Shown here one piece after another: positions 1 to 11,071 of a DNA stretch of 64,000 nt (position 1 is the stretch's first letter; each line of letters begins with the position of its first letter). The notes beneath the pieces are model-generated. The model was given only the letters and a program-made list of their open reading frames with translations, had not been told where the DNA came from and did no database searches. Made by a program: the position numbers and the translations under genes. Origin of the DNA: an uncultured Gemmatimonadales bacterium (GTDB taxonomy: Bacteria; Gemmatimonadota; Gemmatimonadetes; Gemmatimonadales; GWC2-71-9); assembly GCA_963828735.1 (NCBI GenBank), contig CAWHFW010000005.1:256001-320000 (forward strand). The letters are read 5' to 3'.

Positions 1-470
1 TCAGCGTGCTCGCGCCGAAGCCGACGCTCGAGCTCACGCGCCTCGATCCGTCGGGGCGGCAGGATGACCTCGACGGGATGTGGCGCACGATGTCCTGGGA
101 CGGCGCCAAGGCGGAGGCGGGGGAGCGGTTGCCGCACATCGACGGACTGCCGGTCGTGCGGGTGCAGGTGCAGAGCGGCGAGCAGAGCTCGCGGCCCGTT
201 ACCGTCGTGGCTCAGCAGCTCGCTTCGGGCCAGGTGATCCGCACGATCGAGGGGCCGGCCACGGATGTAACCGAGATCCTGTCGCGCCGCTCGACAGCCG
301 ATGTGGACTCGCTGCTTCGGGCCGGCGACTCGAGCGCGCGCGTGAACGACGGCGGCCACGCCATGGCCATGCAGGTCGGCGACCGGATGCTGGCCATCAC
401 CGGGGACCTCCCGGCGGACAGCCTCCGCGCCATGATTCGCCGCCTCAACGCGGAGATGCGCAGCAAGTAG
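1..470 (+). CDS. C-terminal part of a hypothetical protein (5'-truncated by the window; possibly an anti-sigma-factor-like C-terminus)
   Basis: Frame is open from the window edge to TAG at 468-470 with GC-rich codon usage; no diagnostic motif. Confidence 0.55.
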   Translation, partial: SVLAPKPTLELTRLDPSGRQDDLDGMWRTMSWDGAKAEAGERLPHIDGLPVVRVQVQSGEQSSRPVTVVAQQLASGQVIRTIEGPATDVTEILSRRSTADVDSLLRAGDSSARVNDGGHAMAMQVGDRMLAITGDLPADSLRAMIRRLNAEMRSK

Positions 471-477
471 CTCGCGG

Positions 478-545
478 GTCATCCTGAGCGAACAAGGAAG
501 GGGGCATGCCTCACAGGCATGCCCCCTTCGCGTTGCCCAGGCGAC
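478..545. repeat. Degenerate GTCATCCTGAGCG-type palindromic element with a perfect 15-bp inner hairpin; probable bidirectional terminator
   Basis: GAAGGGGGCATGCCT(497-511)-CAC-AGGCATGCCCCCTTC(515-529); outer arms GTCATCCTGAGC / GCCCAGGCGAC are imperfectly inverted; lies between convergent genes. Confidence 0.6.
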
Positions 546-553
546 CTCCCGGC

Positions 554-1924
554 CTACTCGCGCGGGTGGCCCCGCCGCTCCACCGCGTCGGGTGAGACGT
601 AGTCCTTCGGGCTCTCCTCGTGCTCGTATTCCGCCGAGATCAGCGCGCTGGCGTGTCCACGCTCGCGTTCGAGCGTGATCTCCGCCAGGCCGGGCGAGAT
701 CATGGGAAACGTCCGAGCATAGAGCGCGTAGGCGAGCAGGTACAGGCCGATGAAGAGCAGCGTCGGGCCGGCCTCGGGAAGGCGGAAGACCGGCCCCGGC
801 TGCAGCGTGATCGACGGCATCACCAGCAGATAGCGCTCCAGCCACAGCGACACGAGGCTGATGGTCGCGAAGAAGCCGAGCGTCACCCTGACCTTCTTCG
901 GGGCCACGCCGAGCAGGCCGAAGAACGGCACGATGAACATGCCGATGAGCACCACCTTGCCCACCGGCAGCCAGTGGCCCCAGAGACGCGTGAACACGAA
1001 GCCGGTTTCTTCCGGAAGGTTGCCGTACCAGATCACGAGGAACTGGGCCCACATGAGGTAGGTCCAGAACACCGTGAATCCGAAGCACAGCTTCCCGAGA
1101 TCGTGGCGCTGCTTGGGCGAAACGAGGTCGGTCACGCCCAGGTGCGACGCGCCGTAGATGGTCATCAGCGCCAGCAGCATGTGGGCGCCGAGGAACGACC
1201 CCATGAAGAAGAATCCGCCGAGCAGGTTCGAGAACCAGTGGGGCTGAAGCGCCATGATGCCGTCGAACGCGATCAGCGTGAGCACGATCGCATAGGTGAC
1301 GACGTAGCCCGGCGCCAGGCGTCCGATGTGCTCCTGGAGCGCGAACCTCGCCTCGCTGCTCCCGTCGAAGCCGCGGGTCCACCGGTCGTAGAGCGCCCGC
1401 CGATTGGCCGGCACGACCGCACGCACGGCGAGCAGGTCGGGCACCATGTCCGCCCGCACGAGCCGCCAGGCGAGGACCGTGAGAAAGCCCAGGCCGATGA
1501 ACAGGCGCGCGAACATGAAAGGATGGGAGAGCCACACCACCTTCCCGTGTTGCATCCCGTGGGTGGCAGCCACCATCGGCCCGTAGATCGCCGAGTATCC
1601 CGCCGTGAAGATCAGCACCAGGGCCACGAACGACACGGGAAGAAACGCCGCCGAGGCCGAGGCGAACCGGATGATCATGCCGGACCACTTGGCGTTGGTG
1701 ACCTTCTGTACGGCCACGAACGCCACGCTTCCGGTGGCGAGGCCGGTGAAGTAGAGCCAGTTCACGTGCACCAGGTGCCAGACCCGGACCGTCTGCCCGG
1801 CGTTTACCGCCCAGGCGATGAAGATGAGGCCGAGCACGGCCAGGCCGCCGCCCAGGCCGAGGAAGAGATCATACCGGCCGGCGACCGCGCGTTGGGCGAG
1901 CCGCTCGCGAAGCGTGGGACTCAT
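554..1924 (-). CDS. actF: Alternative complex III membrane subunit ActF
   Basis: Multi-TM NrfD paralogue with HDLGK..FGF..FWTYL...QFLVIWYGNLPEE motif; ATG at 1924 overlaps the actE stop (ATGA). Confidence 0.88.
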   Translation of the reverse strand: MSPTLRERLAQRAVAGRYDLFLGLGGGLAVLGLIFIAWAVNAGQTVRVWHLVHVNWLYFTGLATGSVAFVAVQKVTNAKWSGMIIRFASASAAFLPVSFVALVLIFTAGYSAIYGPMVAATHGMQHGKVVWLSHPFMFARLFIGLGFLTVLAWRLVRADMVPDLLAVRAVVPANRRALYDRWTRGFDGSSEARFALQEHIGRLAPGYVVTYAIVLTLIAFDGIMALQPHWFSNLLGGFFFMGSFLGAHMLLALMTIYGASHLGVTDLVSPKQRHDLGKLCFGFTVFWTYLMWAQFLVIWYGNLPEETGFVFTRLWGHWLPVGKVVLIGMFIVPFFGLLGVAPKKVRVTLGFFATISLVSLWLERYLLVMPSITLQPGPVFRLPEAGPTLLFIGLYLLAYALYARTFPMISPGLAEITLERERGHASALISAEYEHEESPKDYVSPDAVERRGHPRE

Positions 1925-2622
1925 CGGGGCCTCTCTCCGGTCGAGCCGGTAGCGCTCGGCGCGGGCGGGATGCCCGCCGCCGCCGCCGCCGGCTCGGGCG
2001 CGAGGGGCACCTGCCCCTGGAGCTTGCGCACGTGATTGACGATGGCCCACCGATCACTGGGCAGATACACCTTGTCGCCGTATCGCGGCATCACCCCGCG
2101 ACCATACCGAATGATGCTGTAGACGTAGCCGTCCGAGTACCCACGGGCCCGCCCCGTGAGCAACGAGGGCGCGCCGATCCGCGACGAGACGGGTCCCTTC
2201 GCGTCGCCGGCCGTGCCGTGGCACACCGCGCAGTAGGTCTGGAACAGCGTGTCGCCCGCGGCGTCGATGTCCCGGGGAATGACGGACACGGACGGGCCCG
2301 CAGACTTCGCCTTGACGGTGTCCCCGGCGCCGGCCGCGTACGGGTTCTTGAGCGCGTTCGCGGTCGTGAGCTTCCCGGTCGTCCACTCGCCCGACCAGTC
2401 GGGCTCGCCGCCGGTGACGGGCACGATGCCCGGTGGCGTGTAGCGCGGGACGGCGGCGGTCTGGTACGGGTGGACGTACTTGGCGCGGATCATGTGGTCG
2501 AACCAGGGGATCACGTGCCAGAGATCGTCCGGCGACGGGACCCGGTTGTACCAGACATCGCAGCCGGTGGTCGCCACGGTGAGCGCGGCGAGGCCGGCCA
2601 GGCACCACTCACGCCGCCTCAC
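1921..2622 (-). CDS. actE: Alternative complex III monoheme cytochrome c lipoprotein ActE
   Basis: Lipobox-like TTGC, single CAVCH motif, distal Met in GRGVMP; operon position. Confidence 0.88.
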   Translation of the reverse strand: MRRREWCLAGLAALTVATTGCDVWYNRVPSPDDLWHVIPWFDHMIRAKYVHPYQTAAVPRYTPPGIVPVTGGEPDWSGEWTTGKLTTANALKNPYAAGAGDTVKAKSAGPSVSVIPRDIDAAGDTLFQTYCAVCHGTAGDAKGPVSSRIGAPSLLTGRARGYSDGYVYSIIRYGRGVMPRYGDKVYLPSDRWAIVNHVRKLQGQVPLAPEPAAAAAGIPPAPSATGSTGERPR

Positions 2623-3130
2623 GACGCACCTCCACGGCTCCCGCCGTCCGCAGCAGCTGCTCGACCGCGCCCTGCTGATCGGCCCCGCCCGGGACGAAGA
2701 TGCCGATCCGATCGTCGCTGTAGCTGGGGTCGTAGGCGATCCCGCGCTTGCCCATGAGGACGCTGAACAGCGCCACGGCCACGACGGTGCTGAGCGCGCC
2801 CAGCAGGATGGTCAGTTCAAACGCGATCACGACGTAGGGAGGGATCGAGGCGATCGTCTTGCCGCCCACGATGAGCGGCCAGTCGAGCGACATCCAGATC
2901 GTCATGCCGAACCCGGCCGCGCAGCCGGTCAGCCCGCCGATGAGGGTGAAGAGCCGCACGGGACTCACCGAGTGCTCCAATGCCTCGTCGATCTCGTGGT
3001 TCGGCGAGGCGGAGTAGACCACCATGTTCCTGTGCCCGCGGGCGCGGAGGGCCCGGATCGCCTCGGTCGCCGCGTCCACGTGGACGAACGAGGCGAGCAC
3101 GCCCGGGGTCCGGCGGTTCGACAGGGCCAT
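2609..3130 (-). CDS. actD: Alternative complex III subunit ActD (DUF3341)
   Basis: MALSNRRTPGV..., two TM helices, DWPLIVGGK and FELTIL motifs; TGATG overlap with actC. Confidence 0.85.
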   Translation of the reverse strand: MALSNRRTPGVLASFVHVDAATEAIRALRARGHRNMVVYSASPNHEIDEALEHSVSPVRLFTLIGGLTGCAAGFGMTIWMSLDWPLIVGGKTIASIPPYVVIAFELTILLGALSTVVAVALFSVLMGKRGIAYDPSYSDDRIGIFVPGGADQQGAVEQLLRTAGAVEVRREAA

Positions 3131-4503
3131 CAGTGGTGCCCTCCCCCCCGCTTCCGAGGCATCGGGATCATCTCCTTGATCTCCTGGATCGCGACGATCG
3201 GGAAGCTCTTCGCGAAGAGGAGGAACCACATCGAGAACCACCCGAAGGAGCCGAGCAGGATGCCCCAGTCGGCCCAGGTGATGGTCGGATTCGACCAGGC
3301 CCAGGGGATGTAGTCGTTGCTGAGCGACGAGACGATGATCACGAAGCGCTCGAACCACATCCCGAGGTTGATGAAGATCGAGATGACGAACAGCGAGGTC
3401 AGGTTGGTGCGGATCTTCCGGAACCAGAGCAGCTGCGAGACGAAGGCGTTGCAGATGATCATGGTCCAGCCGGCCCACCACATCGAGCCGAACGCGCGAC
3501 GGAAGAAGGTCGTCTGCTCGAAGGTATTTCCGCTGTACCACGCCACGAAGTACTCCATTCCGTAGGCGTAGAACAGGATCGAGCCGGTAAACAGGGTGAG
3601 CTTGGCCAGGTTATCGAAGTGGTACTCGGTGATCATGTGCTCGATCCGGAGCGTCCGGCGGAGCGGGATGATCAGCGTGAGCACCATGCCGAGGCCCGAG
3701 TAGATCGCGCCGGCCACGAAGTACGGGGCGAAGATCGTCCCGTGCCAGCCCGGAACGATCGACGCCGCGAAGTCCCAGCTTACGACGGAGTGCACGGACA
3801 GCACCAGCGGCGTCGCGAGCGCGGCAAGATAGAGGTACGCGCGGGAGTAGTGGCGCCACTGATTGTCGGTGCCCTGCCAGCCGACGGAGGCGAGCGAATA
3901 CACCGACCTCCGCCAGCCCGTCACCTTGTCACGGACGGCCGCGACGTCCGGGATCAGGCCGAACACGAGGAAGGTGGAGCTCACCGTGAAGTACGTCGAG
4001 ATGGCGAAGACGTCCCAGAGGAGCGGCGACTTGAAGTTGGGCCAGAGCCAGCGCTGGTTGGGGTACGGCAGCAGCCAATAGAAGATCCACTGGCGCCCGA
4101 TGTGGATGATCGGGAACAGCGCCGCCGTCATCACGGCGAACACCGTCATGGCCTCGGTGGAGCGGTACACCGCGGTCCGCCACGGGCTGCGGAACAGGAA
4201 CAGGATCGCCGAGATCAGCGTCCCCGCGTGGCCGATGCCGATCCAGAACACGAACGTCGTGATGTAGACGCTCCAGAAGATCGGCGGGGTGTATCCGGCA
4301 TGGCCCAGGCCGTCCTTGACCAGGATCAGGAACGTGAGCAGGCCGAGGAGGAACGCCGAGACGGCGCAGGCCAGCAGCAGGAGGTAGCCCGTGCTCGGTT
4401 GCCCCAGGGTCGCCACGACGTCGCGGGTGACGTCGGCATGCGTCTGGGTGATCTCGAGCTCCGGCTTGGCGCCGGTGGGGGTCGGGTGTGCGACGACAGC
4501 CAT
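3130..4503 (-). CDS. actC: Alternative complex III quinol-binding subunit ActC (NrfD/PsrC family)
   Basis: FVFWIGIGHAGTLISAIL, PNFKSPLLWD, LVLSVHSVVSWDFA motifs. Confidence 0.93.
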   Translation of the reverse strand: MAVVAHPTPTGAKPELEITQTHADVTRDVVATLGQPSTGYLLLLACAVSAFLLGLLTFLILVKDGLGHAGYTPPIFWSVYITTFVFWIGIGHAGTLISAILFLFRSPWRTAVYRSTEAMTVFAVMTAALFPIIHIGRQWIFYWLLPYPNQRWLWPNFKSPLLWDVFAISTYFTVSSTFLVFGLIPDVAAVRDKVTGWRRSVYSLASVGWQGTDNQWRHYSRAYLYLAALATPLVLSVHSVVSWDFAASIVPGWHGTIFAPYFVAGAIYSGLGMVLTLIIPLRRTLRIEHMITEYHFDNLAKLTLFTGSILFYAYGMEYFVAWYSGNTFEQTTFFRRAFGSMWWAGWTMIICNAFVSQLLWFRKIRTNLTSLFVISIFINLGMWFERFVIIVSSLSNDYIPWAWSNPTITWADWGILLGSFGWFSMWFLLFAKSFPIVAIQEIKEMIPMPRKRGGGHH

Positions 4504-4506
4504 CGA

Positions 4507-7503
4507 TCAGGCCTCCACCGATTGCAGGACCTTGGCCAGGTACGTGACCGCCGGGCGGGTGTTGACGTCCTCGAGCGCGTGGTACCCTCTGGGGTCCTGC
4601 TTGATCGCCGCCACACGGCTCTGGGGGTCGCGCACGTTGCCGAACACGATCGCGTCCGACGGGCACGCCTGCGCGCAGGCCGTGGTGAACTCCCCGTCGC
4701 GGATGGGCCGGTCCTCGAGCCGGGCCTGGTTCTGCGCGCCTCGGATCCGCTGGATGCAGAAGGTGCACTTCTCCATGACCCCGCGGGCCCGCACCGTGAC
4801 GTCCGGGTTGAGCTGCAGGTGGAGCGGCTCGGGCCACGCCATCTCGTTGTACTTGTACCAGTTGAAGTAGCGCACCTTGTATGGGCAGTTGTTGGCGCAG
4901 TACCGGGTACCGACGCACCGGTTGTAGACCTGGCCGTTGAGGCCGTCGGCGGTGTGGTACGCGGCGTACACGGGACATACGGGCTCGCACGGCGCGTTGC
5001 CGCAGTGCTGGCACAGCATCGGAATGAAGCGCGCCGACGGCGTCTCGCCCGCCTCCTCGCCACCCTCCCAGTACCGCTCGATGCGGATCCAGGTGAGTTC
5101 CCGGCCCTTGAGGATCTCCTGCTCACCGACGGTCGGAATGTTGTTCTCCGCGTAGCAGGCCGTCACGCACGCCTGACAGCCGGTGCAGCGGGCGAGATCG
5201 ATCGCCATCCCCCACTGCGGCAGATCCCGGGTGTAGTCACCCTTGGTGGCGGCCCGGTGCTGGGCCTCGCTCCACCCCTTGAGCGCCTCCACCTCGCGCT
5301 CGTTAACCTCGTGCTCGCCCTCGCCTTCGCCCAGGTGGAACTCCTGGAGCGTGAGCCCCTTCTGCGCGGCCGCGACCGGCATCGCCTCGGCGATGCCGCG
5401 CCCGAGCTGCCGGGGGACGCCCTGCACGCTCGCGAGCTTCCGGAAGGCGCCGGTCTTCTCGAGGGTCACCCGGGTGGACACATAGGCCACGTATTCCCCG
5501 GTGGGCGCGCCCAGCAGGTCGAGCGCGTTGACCCCGCGGCCCTTGGCGAACGCCCCGTACTCGGTGTGGCCCAGCCCCAACGGCACGGCGACGGCGTCCT
5601 GGTGCAGTCCGAAATGGATGTAGGCCGGCGCCTCGAGCGCGCCGTGCGGCGAGGTGAGTCGCACGATCTCGCCATCCTGGATGTCGAGCCGCCGCGCCGT
5701 CTCGGGGCTCACCTCGACCCAGGAATGCCACGTGATCTTGGTGACGGGGTCGGCATTCTCGAGCAGCCACGGCTTGTTGGCCCCGCGGCCGTCGTGCAGC
5801 AGGCCGTGCGGATAGGCGAGGAGCACGAAGCTCCCATTGCCCTCGAACGCCGGCTTGGTGTACGCGATGTCCGCCGCGCTCGCCGCGAGGGCGACCGACG
5901 CCGGCGGCGCCGGTTCCGCGAAGACGCCGCCGCGCTGCAGGGCCGCGCGCCAGAAGTCGTCCGGACTGGTCGCCTTCGCCTCGTCCGCGAGCGCCTGCCA
6001 ACGGCTCCTGAGCCGGGCCTCCCAGCTCGCATCGGTGAATTTCCCGAGCGCGCCGCCCGCCTTCTTGGCGGCGAGCAGCAGGATGTCACCCGCGGAGCGG
6101 GTATCGAACACCGGCTCCATCACCGGCTGCATGAGGCTCCGCACGCCGGCGCGGGGCGCAAGGTCGTCCCACCGCTCGAGCGCGTGGTGTTGCGGGAGCA
6201 GGAGGTCGCACTGGGCGGCCGTCTCGTCGAGGAAGACCGACGTCGAGACCTTGAAGGGCACCTTCTTCAGCTTGTCCGCGAAGCCCGAGGCCTTGGGCAG
6301 TGCGTAGACCGGGTTGGCGTCGTGCACCAGCAGGACCGCCACCTGGCCGCCGTCCATCGCCGCCGCGAGCTGCGCCAACGCGGCGTAGCCGTCGGCCGCG
6401 GCGAGCTCGGGGCCGAACAGGACGGTCTGGCCGACGTTCCCGGCGACGAAATTGAGCAGGTTCACCGCGGCACACAGCTCGGTCGCGCCCGCGTGCTGCG
6501 TACCCACGCCGCCCGCGACGGCCAGGCTGGGCTTGGCCGCGGCGAACTCGCGTGCGACGCGCTCGATCTGGTCGGCCGGCACGCCGGTTTCCTGCGCCGC
6601 CGCGGCTGGCGTGAACTTGGCGAGCGCCTGGGCCACGCCGGCGGGCGCGCCGTTCGCGGTCGCAACCGCGTTGGCGATCGCGAGGGCGAGCACCGTCTCG
6701 GTGCCGGGGCGAACCGCCAGCCACTGGTCCGCGTTGAGCCCGGTGAGATCCCGGCGCGCACCGGCATAGACGAACTTGGCCACGTCACCGTCGGCGAATC
6801 CGTGGGCCTGGGCGAAACCGCGCTGGTTCTCGGTGGGCGAGAGCCAGGTCTCCAGGAAGTCCGCGCCGAAGGAGAGGATGTACTGCGCCTTGCCGAAATC
6901 GTGCGCCGGGAGCTGGTCCACGCCGAACACGCGGCGGTTCGCCGCCCGGACCGGCTCGTGGTCGAACGGCGTCCAGCGGACCGCCTTGCCGCCGAGCGCG
7001 GCGGTCCATTCGGCGAGGAACTCCGAAAACGTTCCCGGGCCCGCGCCGCTCAGCACCGCGACCTTGCCCGCGGCACCTCCGAGCTTCGCGGCCAGCCGGC
7101 CGATGGCGTCGTCCCAGGTGATCTCTCCGAACGACCCATCGGGCTTCCGGGCCATCGGCGCCTTGATGCGCCCCGGGTTGTAGAGGCCCTGGAGCGCCGC
7201 CTGGCCGCGCGAGCACAGCTTGCCCTGGTTGACCGGGTGCTCAGGATTGCCTTCCAGCTTGACGGCACGTCCCTCGCGAGTGCGCACGTGCACGCCGCAG
7301 CCGGCCCCGCACTCCGTACAGGTACTCGCGTACCACGTGGGTACGCCCGGGATCTGATCCTCGGACTGCACCAGGTACGGCACCAGCTTCTCGACGTGGC
7401 TGGTGGAGCACCCGGACAGTGCGAGCGCGCCACCACTGGTGGTGCCGAGCACCGTCAGGAACTTGCGGCGATCCATCCCGGCCGGACGATCGACCTCAGA
7501 CAT
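4507..7503 (-). CDS. actB: Alternative complex III subunit ActB (molybdopterin-oxidoreductase-like domain fused to a four-cluster ferredoxin domain)
   Basis: Tat motif DRRKFL followed by lipobox LSGC; C-terminal CTGCQACVTAC, CQHC..APCEPVCP, CVGTRYCANNCP and CTFC...ACAQACP. Confidence 0.92.
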   Translation of the reverse strand: MSEVDRPAGMDRRKFLTVLGTTSGGALALSGCSTSHVEKLVPYLVQSEDQIPGVPTWYASTCTECGAGCGVHVRTREGRAVKLEGNPEHPVNQGKLCSRGQAALQGLYNPGRIKAPMARKPDGSFGEITWDDAIGRLAAKLGGAAGKVAVLSGAGPGTFSEFLAEWTAALGGKAVRWTPFDHEPVRAANRRVFGVDQLPAHDFGKAQYILSFGADFLETWLSPTENQRGFAQAHGFADGDVAKFVYAGARRDLTGLNADQWLAVRPGTETVLALAIANAVATANGAPAGVAQALAKFTPAAAAQETGVPADQIERVAREFAAAKPSLAVAGGVGTQHAGATELCAAVNLLNFVAGNVGQTVLFGPELAAADGYAALAQLAAAMDGGQVAVLLVHDANPVYALPKASGFADKLKKVPFKVSTSVFLDETAAQCDLLLPQHHALERWDDLAPRAGVRSLMQPVMEPVFDTRSAGDILLLAAKKAGGALGKFTDASWEARLRSRWQALADEAKATSPDDFWRAALQRGGVFAEPAPPASVALAASAADIAYTKPAFEGNGSFVLLAYPHGLLHDGRGANKPWLLENADPVTKITWHSWVEVSPETARRLDIQDGEIVRLTSPHGALEAPAYIHFGLHQDAVAVPLGLGHTEYGAFAKGRGVNALDLLGAPTGEYVAYVSTRVTLEKTGAFRKLASVQGVPRQLGRGIAEAMPVAAAQKGLTLQEFHLGEGEGEHEVNEREVEALKGWSEAQHRAATKGDYTRDLPQWGMAIDLARCTGCQACVTACYAENNIPTVGEQEILKGRELTWIRIERYWEGGEEAGETPSARFIPMLCQHCGNAPCEPVCPVYAAYHTADGLNGQVYNRCVGTRYCANNCPYKVRYFNWYKYNEMAWPEPLHLQLNPDVTVRARGVMEKCTFCIQRIRGAQNQARLEDRPIRDGEFTTACAQACPSDAIVFGNVRDPQSRVAAIKQDPRGYHALEDVNTRPAVTYLAKVLQSVEA

Positions 7504-7518
7504 CGCGGTTCCTCACCA

Positions 7519-8106
7519 TCAGTAGTGGCACACCGAGCAGTCGCGCGAGACCTTCCGCTCGACATGGCAGGTGATGCAAAAACCCATGTTGTTGACGTTG
7601 TTCACCTTGAAGACCTGCGGCATGCGATCGACGTCGCCGTGGCAGGTGGTGCAGGCGTTCGGGCCGAGCACTTTGATGTGCCGCTGATGCGGAAAGTGCG
7701 CATGGCGTGCGATGTAGTGAACGCGCACCCATTCGACGGGCTTCTTGTCGGTCCAGGCCTGACGGAGCTTCTTGATCTCCGTCTTCGCCCCGCTGTCGCT
7801 GCCGCTCACGACCAGGTGACAGCCCATGCAGGTCTGGATGGACGGAATGCCCGGCTCCGTCGAGACCGCCACCGAGTAGTGGCAGTACTGGCACTGGAGC
7901 TTGAACTGGCCGGCGTGGATGTCGTGACGGAAGAAGATCGGCTGGCGCGGCCCCTCGAGCGCTCCGGTGTCGGAAATGACCGGGGCCGCGATCGAGTCGG
8001 CGGCGGGCTTGGCTTGCTGCGCCTGGGTCGAATGACCTCCGAACGCTAGCAGCGCCACGATTGCAGAGGCCGCCACGCCCCCGGCCACGAGAGCCAACGT
8101 ACGCAT
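7519..8106 (-). CDS. actA: Alternative complex III pentaheme cytochrome c ActA
   Basis: N-terminal hydrophobic anchor; five CxxCH motifs (CQYCH, CMGCH, CTTCH, CITCH, CSVCH); start may be TTG at 8118. Confidence 0.9.
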   Translation of the reverse strand: MRTLALVAGGVAASAIVALLAFGGHSTQAQQAKPAADSIAAPVISDTGALEGPRQPIFFRHDIHAGQFKLQCQYCHYSVAVSTEPGIPSIQTCMGCHLVVSGSDSGAKTEIKKLRQAWTDKKPVEWVRVHYIARHAHFPHQRHIKVLGPNACTTCHGDVDRMPQVFKVNNVNNMGFCITCHVERKVSRDCSVCHY

Positions 8107-8261
8107 TATCGATCCCAAACGGTGAAGGAGACGCCGCCGAGTGCTCGTACAGCCTTCGCTAGCTCGCGTGCCCGAACGAAATCGCGCCCGGCCAAGAGCG
8201 CGCCGAAGTATATTCGCCGCATCCTAGTACACAACCCGACCCATGGTCTATCCCGACCTTA

Positions 8262-8792
8262 TTATTCGGGATCCTCGAGGCCGTTGCCGGCCCGCCGGCG
8301 CGCGCGAAGCTGCGGGGCCCGCTGCGGCGCTGGCCGCTCGCCCAGCCACTCGGCCTTTCGGGCGGCGAATCGCAGGAACGTGTCCACCGAGCGGCGATCG
8401 TCCAGCAGCAGCCAGCACCATTTGAGCGGGCCGGTTCGCTGGCCTTCGTCGATGGCACGCCGGATCTCCGCGGGCACCCGGCCGGCCCGTCCGAGGCGAT
8501 CCTCTTCGGCATCGCTCAGGGTGAAGGTGGCCGACAGAGCGTCACCGATCACGTGCACCCAGCAGAGCTTCCGGTTGCCCACGCCATATTCCCACGCCCA
8601 GCGCCACGAGACTCCCATGTAGCGCACCACCTCGGCGACGCCGCCGAGCGCGGTGAGGCCCGTCCGCAGCGTTCGGAACCGCGACGCGGCAGCCGCCGGC
8701 AGGTCCTTGAGGGGGGCCGCCGCGGCCGGCTCGCTGGCTTCGTCGCTGTAGCGGTTGGCCGCCCAGTAGGCGTTCGAGCGTGCTCTCGTCAT
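8262..8792 (-). CDS. DUF3788-like protein
   Basis: W.W.Y..G.RKLCWV and G.LKWCW..L pattern; ATGA overlap with trmJ. Confidence 0.55.
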   Translation of the reverse strand: MTRARSNAYWAANRYSDEASEPAAAAPLKDLPAAAASRFRTLRTGLTALGGVAEVVRYMGVSWRWAWEYGVGNRKLCWVHVIGDALSATFTLSDAEEDRLGRAGRVPAEIRRAIDEGQRTGPLKWCWLLLDDRRSVDTFLRFAARKAEWLGERPAPQRAPQLRARRRAGNGLEDPE

Positions 8793-9605
8793 ACCCCCTC
8801 TTCGTCGGAAGTGTCCACGGAAGTGTCCCCGGCCACCGGCGGGGCGCCTGCCAGTGGGGCTCCTACCCGCTGGAGATACCGCGCCACCTCGATCCCCATC
8901 GCGCGCACCAACGAGGCTTCGCGGCCGTCGAGGTCGGCACGAAAGACGAACTCGCGAAACGAGCGCATCACGCTTTCCGAGCGCCGGGTCTTGAAGAAGT
9001 CGATGGCCCAGAGCGCCCGGTGCCAGTCGTCGAAGAGCTCCTCGAGCTGGCCCGAGGTGGCCGGCGCGGCCTCGCGGCGGGGAGCCTTGAGAGGGAACGC
9101 CTCCCCGCCCCGCGCGTTCCACGTCTCGTATGCCATGATCGCAACTGCCTGCGCCAGATTGAGCGACGGGTGCGTGGGATCGGTTGCGATCGTGACCACG
9201 GTGCGGCACAGATCGAGCTCGGCGTTGGTGAGCCCGCTGTCCTCGCGGCCCGCGACGATGGCGACCGGGCCCGTGCGCAGGTCCCGCACCAGCTCGGCCG
9301 CCGCTTCCCTGGGCCGCAGCGTCCGCCGCTTGGCGGCACGCTCGCGGCCGGTCAGCACGAAGCTCGACACACAGTCCGCGAGAGCAGCCTCGAGCGTCGG
9401 AAGGATCTCGATCCGCGCGACGAAGTCGGCCGTGTTGTGCGCGATCCCCTCGATCCGCCACGGATCGAACACCTCGGGGTCCACGAGCCGCATGCGCTCG
9501 ATCCCGAAGTTCCTGGCGATGCGAACCGCGCTCGCGATGTTGACGATGTCCTGGGGGTTGACCAGAACGAGGATGGGCGACACAGCGGGCGCCTGCCGCC
9601 CCGCG

Positions 9606-9634
<29 letters not shown>
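8789..9634 (-). CDS. trmJ: SPOUT tRNA/rRNA 2'-O-methyltransferase (TrmJ/TrmH family)
   Basis: LVNPQDIVNIAS..R, GREDSGLTNAEL, SLNLAQAV motifs. Confidence 0.85.
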
Positions 9635-11063
<1,429 letters not shown>

Positions 11064-11071
11064 AGGCAGTC

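Noticed and set aside
2980..8049. 1689-aa plus-strand ORF and similar long antisense ORFs (e.g. 8553-11171, 29039-32359, 55989-58244)
   Set aside because: Shadows of well-supported genes on the opposite strand; stop-poor frames are expected at this GC content, and they carry no motifs
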